From Bacillota bacterium (GTDB taxonomy: Bacteria > Bacillota > Clostridia > Christensenellales > Aristaeellaceae): 64,000 nt of DNA. Location: assembly GCA_023396045.1 (NCBI GenBank), contig JAEWXD010000002.1:704-64703 (forward strand), read 5' to 3'. Both the position numbers and the translations under genes were made by a program. The notes beneath the pieces were generated by a model. The model worked only from the letters and a program-made list of their open reading frames with translations, ran no database searches and was not told where the DNA came from. Positions 63,593-64,000 of the stretch are shown piece by piece. The first letter of the stretch is position 1, and each line of letters starts with the position of its first letter.

Positions 63593-64000
63593 AGGAATCT
63601 AAAACTCGCTTTACATAAGTTTTGGTTGGGCCTTCCGGAAACCGTTCCATAGGAATGGTTTTACCATCCGGGCTGATTTCCGGATTCTTTAGCCAATTTG
63701 CCACCTGCCCTTGCCCCGCATGGTAAGCGGCGGTGGTAAGCACAGGGTCGCCATGAAAACGGTTGGATAAAAATTGCAAATACCAACAGCCATATTCTAT
63801 GGCAACGGCAGGTTCTGCCAATTTTTCAAAATGATAATTGCTGTCTTTCAGTTTACCGGCAATCCACTCTGCTGTTTCCGGCATCACTTGCATAAGGCCA
63901 AGTGCACCTACATTGCTACGTGCATCCGGCTGAAAACTACTTTCCCTATTGATTATAGCGGAAACATAGGCAGCATGCAAATTGTAGCGCATGGCGGTTG
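63555..64000 (-). CDS. Lytic transglycosylase (SLT domain); the 5' end probably lies beyond the window
   Basis: Motifs INRESSF, GLMQVMP and AAYHAGQG. The frame stays open upstream of the Met at 63992. The gene overlaps the SBP gene by 38 nt. Confidence 0.75.
   Translation of the reverse strand, partial: TAMRYNLHAAYVSAIINRESSFQPDARSNVGALGLMQVMPETAEWIAGKLKDSNYHFEKLAEPAVAIEYGCWYLQFLSNRFHGDPVLTTAAYHAGQGQVANWLKNPEISPDGKTIPMERFPEGPTKTYVKRVLDSYAIYKKLFFETP

Overview
Gene-dense chromosomal segment with about 60 CDS and a 7-tRNA cluster, from a moderately AT-rich anaerobic Firmicute. It looks Clostridia-like: a HydABC(D)-type [FeFe] hydrogenase, a yggS-sepF-yggT-ylmH-divIVA division cluster, a SigF/G-type sigma factor, rapZ-whiA, and many TTGACA-17-TAnAAT promoters. 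I found no rRNA, CRISPR array, transposase, integrase or prophage genes. Content from left to right: asparaginase II; cutC-NUDIX-GNAT; a Zn/Mn-type metal ABC importer; a CUT1 sugar ABC importer; mgtE; an FbpA/AfuA-type ABC importer fused in one operon to a YesM/YesN-type two-component system; the tRNA cluster (Arg-His-Gln-Lys-Leu-Gly-Gly); a secreted cyclophilin; aspartokinase; a sigma module plus the division cluster; a CNNM/TlyC protein; a ~640-bp AT-rich ORF-free spacer; hydC-hydD-hydB-hydA; a small accessory-looking block (zinc-ribbon protein, orphan amino-acid SBP, RraA-like + ATP-grasp pair, BspA-type LRR protein); an LbH protein + glmM; mglBAC; a short alaS; a PAP2 phosphatase; NUDIX + U32 peptidase; gpmI; a DHDPS-family aldolase + TRAP transporter + IclR locus; and whiA-rapZ-murB followed by a cell-wall block (zinc-ribbon membrane protein, CHAP hydrolase, orphan family-5 SBP, SLT). 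No single obvious new system stands out. The best candidates for a second look are: (i) a cysteine-rich, ATP-site-degenerate SpoIIAB-like protein paired with a SigF/G-like sigma, with no SpoIIAA; (ii) the ATP-grasp/RraA-like two-gene cassette; (iii) a 600-aa AlaRS that appears to lack the C-Ala domain and part of the editing domain; (iv) the SLT/SBP5/CHAP/zinc-ribbon block upstream of murB; (v) long low-complexity N-terminal extensions on two adjacent division-cluster proteins. All functional calls rest on motif recognition by eye. No database search was possible.
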